The position numbers and the translations under genes are program-made. DNA of 64,000 bases, taken from Alphaproteobacteria bacterium. GTDB lineage: Bacteria > Pseudomonadota > Alphaproteobacteria > UBA828. Positions 37,675 to 46,290 of this stretch are shown here, one piece after another. A model generated the notes under the pieces. That model searched no databases and was not told where the DNA came from. It saw only the letters and a program-made list of their open reading frames with translations. The DNA lies in the NCBI GenBank assembly GCA_965237415.1, contig CBDEFM010000001.1:64001-128000 (forward strand), read 5' to 3'. Numbering within the stretch: the first letter of the stretch is position 1; the number at the start of each line of letters is the position of its first letter.

Positions 37675-39144
37675 TTAGGGCAGGCAGTCGAGATAGGTCT
37701 CGACGTCCCACTCGGTGACGGTGGACATGAAGCGTTCCCACTCGTCGCGCTTGTAGTGCAAGAAGACGCGGAGCATCTCGTCCGGCAGCGCGGAGTTGAT
37801 CACCTCGTCTCTCTCCAGCGCGTCGAGCGCCTCGCCAAGCGACATCGGCAGCTTCTTCACCTGCTTGCCGGCCTCCATGGCCTGGTAGATATTGCGCTCC
37901 TCTGGCTCGCCTGGGTCCAGATTGCGCGTGATCCCGTCGTCGAAGGCCTTGAGAATCGTGCCGGCCATCAGGTACGGATTAACCATCGAATCGACCGAGC
38001 GGTACTCGAAGCGCCCCGGCGCCGAGACGCGCAAGGCGCAGGTCCGGTTCTGGTAGCCCCAGTCGGCGAAGACCGGCGCCCAGAAGCCGGTATCCCACAG
38101 CCGGCGGTAGGAGTTCACGGTCGACGAGCCGAGGGCGGTGAGAGCCGCAAGATGCTCCATCACCCCGCCGATGCAGTTGAGGCCGACCGGCCCGGGCTTG
38201 TGGGAGTCGAGGGACGGGTCCGGCATGAACAGGTTCTCGCCGCCCTTCCAATAGCTGAAGGTGTCGTCCATGCCGGCGACCGGGTCCTGATGGAGCGTGT
38301 TGACCCGCTGCTCGCCACCCTTCCAGAGCGAGACGTTGTGATGGCAGCCGCTCGCCGAGACCCCCATGAAGGGCTTCGACATGAAGCAGGCGATGACGCC
38401 GTGCTCGCGGGCCACCTGGGCGCAGATCTGGCGATAGGTGGTGAGCCGGTCGGCGGTCCTGAGCGCGTCGTCGAAGGTGAAGTTGAGCTCGAGCTGTCCG
38501 GGCGCGTCCTCGTGGTCGCCCTGAATCATGTCGAAGCCCATGGCCTGGGAATACTCGATCACCCGCATGAAGATCGGCCTGAGCTCCTCGAACTGGTCGA
38601 TGTGGTAGCAGTTGGGCTTGGTGACGCCGCCGTCGGTCTTGCCGTCCGCGCCGCGCTTGAGCCACATCATCTCGGGCTCGGTGCCGTGGCGCATCTGCAT
38701 CCCGTGCTTGGCCTGGAACTCCTCGTGAAGGATCCGCAGATTGCCGCGGCAATCGGAAGTCAGGTGCCCGCCCGGGTTCTCCCGCTCCTCCCGGTTGCGG
38801 AAGCAGGTGCAGAAGACGCGCGCGACGCGCTTGTCCCAGGGCAGCTGCACGAAGGTCTCGGGGTCGGGGATGCCGACCAGCTCGGATGCTTCCGGCCCGT
38901 AGCCGATGTAGTTGGAGTGGCGGTCGGTGAAGAGGTTGGCTGTCGAGCCGTAGACGAGCTGGAAGCCGCGCTCGGCGATCTGTTCCCAGTGATCGGCGGG
39001 GATGCCCTTGCCGACGATCCGCCCGGTGACGGAAACGAACTGATAGTAGATGTAGGTAACGCCGAGATCGTCGATCTTGGCGCGCACCTGCCGCACCAGC
39101 TCGTCGCGTCCCTCCCTGTTCACATGGGCTTCAAGATCGGTCAT
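37675..39144 (-). CDS. Glutamine synthetase family gamma-glutamyl-amine ligase (GmaS-like, divergent)
   Basis: GTEPE, HED.PGQ.E, KP...SGCHH, NSYRRL, WG.QNR and EYR..D...NPYL motifs. Confidence 0.88.
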   Translation of the reverse strand: MTDLEAHVNREGRDELVRQVRAKIDDLGVTYIYYQFVSVTGRIVGKGIPADHWEQIAERGFQLVYGSTANLFTDRHSNYIGYGPEASELVGIPDPETFVQLPWDKRVARVFCTCFRNREERENPGGHLTSDCRGNLRILHEEFQAKHGMQMRHGTEPEMMWLKRGADGKTDGGVTKPNCYHIDQFEELRPIFMRVIEYSQAMGFDMIQGDHEDAPGQLELNFTFDDALRTADRLTTYRQICAQVAREHGVIACFMSKPFMGVSASGCHHNVSLWKGGEQRVNTLHQDPVAGMDDTFSYWKGGENLFMPDPSLDSHKPGPVGLNCIGGVMEHLAALTALGSSTVNSYRRLWDTGFWAPVFADWGYQNRTCALRVSAPGRFEYRSVDSMVNPYLMAGTILKAFDDGITRNLDPGEPEERNIYQAMEAGKQVKKLPMSLGEALDALERDEVINSALPDEMLRVFLHYKRDEWERFMSTVTEWDVETYLDCLP

Positions 39145-39177
39145 CTCCGCATCCTCCCCGGCGATCGGCGGGTCTCG

Positions 39178-40521
39178 TCAGCTCCACGGGAAGGGGCTGT
39201 TGGAGACCGGGTGAAGGCGACCCTCCGCAAAGCGTGAGAAGCGGAAGGGCTCGAGCAGGGCGCTCTCGCGGCCCATCAGCTCGTCCGCAACCAGCTTGCC
39301 GACGGCGAGCATCTTGTAGCCGTGGTTCGAATCGGCGATCACGTAGCAGTTCTCGCGGAAGCGGTCGAACACGGGGAAGCTGTCGGCGGTGAACGCACCG
39401 ATTCCGCCGGAGGGCTCATCGAGCCAGCGCCCGATCTGACCCTTATAGCGGCTCTGGCAGAGGGCGAGCGCCGAGCACCACATCTCCCTGAACTCGTCGT
39501 CGACGACGAATTCCGGCGATTCCGGCCCGTAGGGGTCGATCGCCACGTCGGGCACCGGGGTCTCCACCTTGTAGGGGGCGGCACCGCCCTGGATGCCGCC
39601 GAAGTTGAAGTCCGGCTTGTAGTAGATGCCCCACATCTTGTCGGTGATCAGCCTGCCGTCCACGTCGGAGTAAAGCGGCTCGTCGGAATCGACGTGGATG
39701 ACCGGCGGCATCGACCCGTCGTCGGCCATGCCGAAGGAGGGCTCGACGGCGAGCGTGCCTTCCTGAAGGCACCAGAAACGCCACATATCGACATCGGGGT
39801 GGAGCGTGCCTTCCAGGTCCTTGACGTCGATCCGATCCGGCAGATCGAGCATGTCCCAGATGCGCGGCACCCAGGGGCCGGCCGCGACGACGACCTGATC
39901 GACGCCGATGCTTCCCTGGTCGGTCTCTACCGAGGTCACCGCCTTGGAGTTGGCGCCGAAGCCGAAGCCCTTGACCTCGACCCCGGTGAGGATGCGGACG
40001 CCGGCGCCCCTCGCCTTGTCCGCAAGGCCTAGCATCGAGGCCCGGTTGTTGGCGTATCCGCCCTTCTTCTCGTGCAGGATGGAGGTGATGCCCGGCGCCT
40101 GCCAGTCGCCGAACAGGCGCCGCATGTACGCCGTACAGTCGGCCTCGCCCTCGATGAATTCGGACTCGTAGCCGATCGCCCGCTGCTGCTGCGCGATCTC
40201 GGCGACATCGGCATGCATGCTCTCGGGGCTGATCTGCATGTAGCCCACGGAATGGTAGTGATAGGCCTTGGGATCGCTCTCCCAAGCCTCCACGCAGGCC
40301 GCCATCAGCTCGCGCATCGCCGGCTGGAAGTAGTTGTTGCGGACGACGCCGCAGGCGATGCCGGAGGCGCCGGCCGCGATGTCGCTCTTGTCCACAATCG
40401 CGATGTCGGCACCGCTGCCGTTGCCCTGCGCCTTCAGCCCAAGCGCGAGGTGGTAGGCGGTGCTGAGGCCGTGGATTCCGGCCCCGATGATCAGATATTT
40501 GACGTGCCCCGGAAGCGTCAT
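39178..40521 (-). CDS. FAD-dependent oxidoreductase (DAO / sarcosine oxidase beta-like)
   Basis: IIGAGIHGLSTAYHLA, GVVRNNY, VVAAGPW, TAD.FPV and HGYK motifs. Confidence 0.88.
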   Translation of the reverse strand: MTLPGHVKYLIIGAGIHGLSTAYHLALGLKAQGNGSGADIAIVDKSDIAAGASGIACGVVRNNYFQPAMRELMAACVEAWESDPKAYHYHSVGYMQISPESMHADVAEIAQQQRAIGYESEFIEGEADCTAYMRRLFGDWQAPGITSILHEKKGGYANNRASMLGLADKARGAGVRILTGVEVKGFGFGANSKAVTSVETDQGSIGVDQVVVAAGPWVPRIWDMLDLPDRIDVKDLEGTLHPDVDMWRFWCLQEGTLAVEPSFGMADDGSMPPVIHVDSDEPLYSDVDGRLITDKMWGIYYKPDFNFGGIQGGAAPYKVETPVPDVAIDPYGPESPEFVVDDEFREMWCSALALCQSRYKGQIGRWLDEPSGGIGAFTADSFPVFDRFRENCYVIADSNHGYKMLAVGKLVADELMGRESALLEPFRFSRFAEGRLHPVSNSPFPWS

Positions 40522-40564
40522 CTGTGCGCTCTCTACCGCCGTAGATCGGCCGATTGTCGGGGGC

Positions 40565-40690
40565 GCACTCAAGCGGGCACCCTCACATTTGTCAAGCCAA
40601 TTATGGTCCGACCGGATCGACCAATTATGAACCAATATGAATGAATGGTTGAACGTTGCGTCGAAATTGATTAAAGCAATAAGGTCCACC
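40565..40690. promoter_or_regulatory. Divergent promoter region with FadR/GntR-type operator candidates
   Basis: Minus-strand TTGACA at 40595-40590; TGGTCCGACC at 40604-40613; CCAATTATG twice plus ACCAAT; AT-rich. Confidence 0.55.
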
Positions 40691-40787
40691 GACCGGCTTC
40701 GTGACGTATGCCGTCGTTGCGAGGGCGATTGGGCCAGGGGTTGTCAGGCGGAGCGGAGTGGAGCGAAGCATGCGACAGGCTGGCGCG

Positions 40788-41510
40788 ATGGAGGCAGGAA
40801 GCATACGGCCCGGCGGCGAAAATATCGGTACGCCGCGGACAGCCGATTCGGCAGCAGACGCGATCACGGCCCAGCTCGCGCAACGAATCCTCGACGGCTC
40901 TTTCGCGATGGGCGACCGCCTGCCGCCGGAGCGGAGCCTCGCCGAATCCTTCTCGGCTTCACGCGGCACGGTGCGCGAGGCCCTGCGTTCGCTGTCGGCA
41001 CGCGGGCTGGTGGCGCGCCGGGTGGGTAGCGGCACCTTCGTCATCTACGAGCCGGACGTCGGTGAGACCGATGTCTCCGAAATCACCTCGCCGCTCGAGC
41101 TGGTCGAGGTCCGGGCCGCTATCGAACCGCAGATGGCCAGGCTTGCCGTGCTCAACGCCACGGCGCGCGACATGGCTGCACTGGAGCGCGCGGTCGCCGA
41201 GATGGAAGGCGTGGCGGACGCCGAGAGATTCTCGCTCGCCGACGAGATGTTCCACTTGCGGCTGGCGGAGGCCACCCACAATCCCCTGATCGTCGAAATC
41301 TATCACCGCATCAACCACGTCCGCGCCCACCAGCAGTGGGACTCGATCAAGGACAAGATCCTCACGCCCGCGCAGATCTCCGCCTACAACGCCGAGCATC
41401 GCGCCCTTCTCGCGGCGCTCTCCCGCCGCGATGCCGACCGTGCGGTGGAAGTCGTCTCCGCCCACATGGAGCGCGCCCGCGCCGATCTGCTGGCCAGCAC
41501 CGGCGGCTGA
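40788..41510 (+). CDS. GntR/FadR family transcriptional regulator (FCD domain)
   Basis: GDRLPPER.LA..F..SR.TVREAL, GSGTFV, D..FH..LA.AT.N and EH motifs. Start uncertain. Confidence 0.9.
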   Translation: MEAGSIRPGGENIGTPRTADSAADAITAQLAQRILDGSFAMGDRLPPERSLAESFSASRGTVREALRSLSARGLVARRVGSGTFVIYEPDVGETDVSEITSPLELVEVRAAIEPQMARLAVLNATARDMAALERAVAEMEGVADAERFSLADEMFHLRLAEATHNPLIVEIYHRINHVRAHQQWDSIKDKILTPAQISAYNAEHRALLAALSRRDADRAVEVVSAHMERARADLLASTGG

Positions 41511-41714
41511 ACCGCCCCGCCAACAACGGGCGCGGATACTGCGGGGCATCCCCGGGCAATTTCGGGATGAGCCTTCGCGGCGATTGTGTTTAGATTGGCA
41601 GGATGATCGCCTCCGTAACGATTCGGAGAGCGCTTGGCGCGTCATGACCGTTAGTTGCCGCCTGCACGGGGCTGGACGCGGGCCCCACCGCGCGGCGCCA
41701 CAGGGGAGACGACC

Positions 41715-42908
41715 ATGAACGAGGACAAACTTCTCAAGCAGATGCTAAAGCGCGACCCGGTGCGCGGCGCGGCCGCCACCAGGCGTCAGGTGCTCCAGGG
41801 GATCGGCGCCGGCGCGCTCGCGCTGGGCGCGGGCAGCGCCCTCACGGGACGGGCGCAGGCTGCCGACAACCTCGCGATGCTGACCTGGGACGGCTACGTG
41901 GATCCGCGCGTGCTCGACGGCTTCACCGACCAGTACGGAACCGGCATCGACTACGAGCTGCACACCTCGGACCCGGATTCGGTCAACAAGCTCCGTGCCG
42001 GCGAGACCAAGATCTGGGACATCATCAACCTGAATAACCCGTGGGCGCGTGAGATTATGTGGCCGGAAGGGCTCATCATCGAGCTCGACCGCGCCCGCTT
42101 CGATCCCTACTTCGAGGCGATGCTGCCGATGTTCCAGCCGCCCTACAAATGGGCGATGAGCCTCGACAACGAGCATCTGCTGGGGGTCTGCCAGCGGGTC
42201 GACACCTTCGACTTCGTGGTCAACACCGATATCGTCTCGGCCGATATGGCGAAGGACGAGGGCTGGGATCTCTTCAACAATCCCGACATGGCCGGCCGCT
42301 ACGGCATCCTCGCCTACGACAACTGGAACATCATGCACATCTGCATGGCCGCCGGCCTGCATCCGTTCAAGGAGAAGACCGACGACCAGGTCGCCACCTT
42401 CGAGGAGGCGGCGCGGCGTCTCATCAACGGCGCGAAGATGATCTCGGACGATTTCGTCGCCGTGAACCTCGCCGTGGTCAACGGCGAGATCGACATGTAC
42501 TTCGGCGGCGGCACCTATTCGATCTCGTCAGCCCGGCTCGACGGGCTCACCAACCTCTACCACGTGGTGCCGAAGAGCGGCCCGGCCGACGGCAAGGGCG
42601 GGATCAACTGGATCGAGCTCAACTCGGTGGTTAACAATCCCGACCTTCATCCCCAGGCCATGGACTGGATGGAATACATCCTCCAGCCCGACACCTCCTA
42701 CGCGGTCGCGACCGCCGGCGGCTTCCTGCTCCCGGTGGGGCAGATGGCACAGCCGGAGCTGCTCGACAAGTTCTCGGCGGAGGAGCTCGACTCCTTCCAG
42801 TGGGACGAGTTCGACTACCGCATCTCGCACTCCGTCGAGTACGACGTGGTGCCGGACTACAACCGGCTCTACGACATCTACACGGCGGCGCGGCGCGAGA
42901 AGTCGTAA
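41715..42908 (+). CDS. Tat-exported PotD/PotF-like ABC substrate-binding protein
   Basis: TRRQVL twin-arginine signal, LTWDGY and KLRAG motifs; first gene of the ABC operon. Confidence 0.85.
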   Translation: MNEDKLLKQMLKRDPVRGAAATRRQVLQGIGAGALALGAGSALTGRAQAADNLAMLTWDGYVDPRVLDGFTDQYGTGIDYELHTSDPDSVNKLRAGETKIWDIINLNNPWAREIMWPEGLIIELDRARFDPYFEAMLPMFQPPYKWAMSLDNEHLLGVCQRVDTFDFVVNTDIVSADMAKDEGWDLFNNPDMAGRYGILAYDNWNIMHICMAAGLHPFKEKTDDQVATFEEAARRLINGAKMISDDFVAVNLAVVNGEIDMYFGGGTYSISSARLDGLTNLYHVVPKSGPADGKGGINWIELNSVVNNPDLHPQAMDWMEYILQPDTSYAVATAGGFLLPVGQMAQPELLDKFSAEELDSFQWDEFDYRISHSVEYDVVPDYNRLYDIYTAARREKS

Positions 42909-43031
42909 GCCCTGCCGGCTGCGGCGGGGGCGCGCGGCGGCTGACGCAGCGCGCCCCCGCTACGACCGCACGCCCGGCCGGCCCCGGCCGGGCGTCAGCG
43001 CCCTTGAAAAGAGAGGATCGAAACGAGCGCC

Positions 43032-44099
43032 ATGGTGGATGCCGCGCCCATCCTGCGCATGGTCAACCTGACCAAGCAATTCGGCCGACTGGTCGCGGTG
43101 AACGACGTTTCCCTCGACATCCAAGAGGGCGAGTTCTTCACCATCGTCGGCCCGTCGGGGAGCGGCAAGACCACGCTGCTCCGCATGCTGGGGGGCCTGG
43201 AGAAGCCGACGGCGGGCGACATTTACTTGCGCGAGCAGCGGGTCAACGCGGTGCCCGCCAACCGGCGCCCGACCTGCATGGTCTTCCAGTCCCTCGCCCT
43301 CTTCAATCACAAGACGGTCGGCCAGAACATCGAGTTCTCGCTGAAGATGCGGGGCGAGAACCGCCGTGCCCGCCGCGAGCGCGGCCTCTCGCTCATGAAT
43401 GTGGTCCAGCTGCCGGAGGACTTTTACGACAAGTCCGTCACCAAGTGCTCGGGCGGTGAGCGCCAGCGCGTGGCGCTCGCCCGCGCGCTTGCCTCCGACC
43501 CCGAAATCCTGTTCTTCGACGAGCCGCTTTCCGCCATCGACTATCGCCTCCGCAAACTGCTGGAGGTCGAGCTCAAAGACCTCCACCGCACCACGGGCAA
43601 GACCTTCGTCTACATCACCCACTCGCTCGAAGAGGCGATGGTGATGAGCGACCGCATCGGGATCATGCAGGAGGGGCGCCTGATCCAGATCGGCTCGCCC
43701 AACGAGATCTACCTGCAACCGCGCAACAAGTTCGTCTCGGAGTTCATGGGCGAGGTGAACACGTTTGCCGTGCGCGTGGGCGCGGATGGCGGCATCGACT
43801 GCCCCCACTTCGAGCGCCGCTTCACCAGCCCGGCCCACCCGGATGGGTTTAGCGACGGCTATCTCGTGATCCGGCCCGAATCGATGCGTTTCCTGAACGA
43901 CGCCTCGGAGGCCGAGAACCATCTCGAGGGATCGCTCTTCAACGAATACGCGCTCGGCTCCCGGGTGCAATATCACGTGAGCGCCCGCGGCATGATGTTC
44001 GTCGTCGAGAAACTCCGCGAGCAGGCCTATCGGGGCGGGCTCAACGAGGACGTTCTGATCGGCTGGGACGCCAAGGACAGCGTGCTCGTGGCCGACTGA
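43032..44099 (+). CDS. PotA-like ABC ATP-binding subunit
   Basis: GPSGSGKT, SGGERQRVALARAL, DEP and ITH motifs; TOBE-like C-terminus. Confidence 0.93.
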   Translation: MVDAAPILRMVNLTKQFGRLVAVNDVSLDIQEGEFFTIVGPSGSGKTTLLRMLGGLEKPTAGDIYLREQRVNAVPANRRPTCMVFQSLALFNHKTVGQNIEFSLKMRGENRRARRERGLSLMNVVQLPEDFYDKSVTKCSGGERQRVALARALASDPEILFFDEPLSAIDYRLRKLLEVELKDLHRTTGKTFVYITHSLEEAMVMSDRIGIMQEGRLIQIGSPNEIYLQPRNKFVSEFMGEVNTFAVRVGADGGIDCPHFERRFTSPAHPDGFSDGYLVIRPESMRFLNDASEAENHLEGSLFNEYALGSRVQYHVSARGMMFVVEKLREQAYRGGLNEDVLIGWDAKDSVLVAD

Positions 44100-45010
44100 T
44101 GGCTGACCGCGCGGAGACGCCTGCGGCAATCATCCGGCAGCCGGGGGCCGGGTCGCTTCTGCTGGGCTGGCTGTGCTCGGCGGGCGTGCTCAGCGCGACC
44201 CCGGTGCTCGTCTTCTTCCTGATCGGCTTCGTCGGCCCGCTGGTGATCGTGCTGGCCTTCAGCTTCACCCCGGAGCGCACCTTCGACCTCGGCGCTGGCT
44301 TCACAACCGAGAACTACGAGCGCATCTTCACGGAGAGCTACTACATCTCCTTCATCTGGTCGTTTGCGCTGGCCGGCGTCACCGTCGCCTGCAACCTGCT
44401 GATCGGCTACCCGATCGCCTACGGCCTCACCAAGCTCTTCGGCCGCTGGGCGGCGCCGGTCATGCTGGTGCTCGTCATTCCCCTCTTCGTCTCCGAGAAC
44501 GTGCGGCTCTTCGGCTGGTATCTCTTCCTGATCAAGGGCGGCGGCATCCTGGCGGGTGGGCTCAAGACCTTCGGCATCGACACCGGCACGATGCTCTATA
44601 TGCCCGGCACCATCCTGATGGGCATGATCTACGTCTATCTGCCCTTCACCCTCTTCCCCATCGTGCTCGGGCTCTCCATGGTGCCGGGCGATCAGGTCGA
44701 GGCCTCGCGCGACCTCGGCGCGAACCGCTTTCAGATCTTCCGCGAGGTGGAACTCCCGATCGCCATGCCCGGCATCCTCATCGGCGCGCTGCTGACCTTC
44801 GTGCTGGCGGTGGGCGCGATCTCCGAAGCCAAGCTCCTCGGCGGCCAGAACACGCCGGTCATCGCCCAGGACATCCAGCACGAGTTCACCTACGCCCAGA
44901 ACTGGCCGCTGGGGTCCGCGATCTCGGTGCTGGCCATCGTCGTCACCGGCATCCTCGTGGTGGTGGTGATGCGCCGGCTCGACCTCGACCGGCTGCTCGG
45001 CCGACGATGA
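44099..45010 (+). CDS. PotB-like ABC permease
   Basis: GYPIAY, YLPF...P, EASRDLGA and NWPLGSA motifs. Confidence 0.9.
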   Translation: MADRAETPAAIIRQPGAGSLLLGWLCSAGVLSATPVLVFFLIGFVGPLVIVLAFSFTPERTFDLGAGFTTENYERIFTESYYISFIWSFALAGVTVACNLLIGYPIAYGLTKLFGRWAAPVMLVLVIPLFVSENVRLFGWYLFLIKGGGILAGGLKTFGIDTGTMLYMPGTILMGMIYVYLPFTLFPIVLGLSMVPGDQVEASRDLGANRFQIFREVELPIAMPGILIGALLTFVLAVGAISEAKLLGGQNTPVIAQDIQHEFTYAQNWPLGSAISVLAIVVTGILVVVVMRRLDLDRLLGRR

Positions 45011-45031
45011 CACGCATGGGCGGGCGCTGAG

Positions 45032-45838
45032 ATGGAGAACAAGCGCTGGGTCATAAGCCTGATCGCGGTCTGGACCGGCGCGGTCGCGCTCTTCCTCTAC
45101 ATCCCGATCTTCTCGGTCATCGTCACCTCCTTCGGCAAGTCCCGCTACTTCCGCTTTCCCGTGAAGGCCTGGAGCGACAAGTGGTACGACCAGACGCTCG
45201 GCGCCAACCTGACCACGGACCTCCACCTCACCTCGTTCTATGTCGCGGGCTGCGTCGCGCTCATTGCGGTCGTGCTGGGCTTCTTCGGCGCTTTGGCCTT
45301 CGCCCGCTACAACTGGCGCGGCCGCCAGTTCTATCAGCGCCTCATCATGCTGCCGATCTTCTTCCCGCAGGCCGTGCTCGGCCTCGCGCTCCTGCTCTGG
45401 TTCACTTTCGTAGGCGTGCTGCCGAGCTGGGAGGCGGCGGTCTTCGCCCATCTGGTCTGGATCGTGCCGATCGTGACCCTCGTGATCTCGATCCAGGTCT
45501 ACGGCTTCGACGTAGCCCAGGAGGAGGCGGCCTACGATCTCGGCGCCAACCGCTGGCAGGCCTTCCGCGAGATCACGCTGCCGGCGCTCGCACCCGGCCT
45601 CTTTTCCGGCGCGCTCTTCGCCTTCCTGCTCTCCTGGGGCAACTTCCCGCTCTCGACCTTCACCACAGGCGCCGACAGCACGGTGACCGAATGGCTCTAT
45701 ACCAAGATGGGCGGCGGCTACACGCCGATGATCCCGACCATGGGCGCGCTCTCGGTGTTCGGCGCCATCGCCATCCTCTTCGGCGGCTACATGTTCCTGA
45801 TCGTCCACCGGCGCCGCCGGCTGGAGCGCGGCGATTAG
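45032..45838 (+). CDS. PotC-like ABC permease
   Basis: LFLYIPI...V.SF, WY and EEAAYDLGA...AFREITLP motifs. Confidence 0.9.
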   Translation: MENKRWVISLIAVWTGAVALFLYIPIFSVIVTSFGKSRYFRFPVKAWSDKWYDQTLGANLTTDLHLTSFYVAGCVALIAVVLGFFGALAFARYNWRGRQFYQRLIMLPIFFPQAVLGLALLLWFTFVGVLPSWEAAVFAHLVWIVPIVTLVISIQVYGFDVAQEEAAYDLGANRWQAFREITLPALAPGLFSGALFAFLLSWGNFPLSTFTTGADSTVTEWLYTKMGGGYTPMIPTMGALSVFGAIAILFGGYMFLIVHRRRRLERGD

Positions 45839-45925
45839 CCGGAGCCATGACGAACCAACGGGGGAGTTGTCTCGCCCCGCGCATCGCGCTCTAATCCCCC
45901 CGACTTAGCGCCACAGGAGCAACCG

Positions 45926-46228
45926 ATGGCCTACCAAGTCACGGAAAAGGACCTTTACGTCGTCGACGAGTTCATGGCCAAGCCGATTGGCCACCACAGC
46001 CCCAACTTGCAGCGGGTGCTCAATACGTTGAGGGGAGCGGACGTAAAGGGCAAGCACTGCCTCGTCTGCACCAAGCCCGGCCGCGAGTGGCGCCTGGCCC
46101 AGCTCTCCGGCGTGCGCGGCAAGCCGGTCAAGCTGCTCGACAAGACCTTCGACAATATCGAGGACGCCGAGCGCTACGTCTTCCGCCTGCGCTGGAAGCA
46201 GCACACCGGCAAGGCGTTGCCGAAATAA
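45926..46228 (+). CDS. N,N-dimethylformamidase small subunit-like protein
   Basis: E...P.G.HS..L.R.LN..R and F.....AE..VF..R pattern; directly upstream of the large subunit; AGGAG RBS. Confidence 0.75.
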   Translation: MAYQVTEKDLYVVDEFMAKPIGHHSPNLQRVLNTLRGADVKGKHCLVCTKPGREWRLAQLSGVRGKPVKLLDKTFDNIEDAERYVFRLRWKQHTGKALPK

Positions 46229-46290
46229 CCGCCGCGCGAGCGGCCCTCTTTACCACCGACAATCTACCGCCAGGCCCTGGGGAGCTACAC

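Noticed and set aside
42915-42996. Two strong hairpins after the SBP gene
   Set aside because: Ordinary stem-loops between SBP and ATPase genes in ABC operons; not repeated elsewhere in the window.
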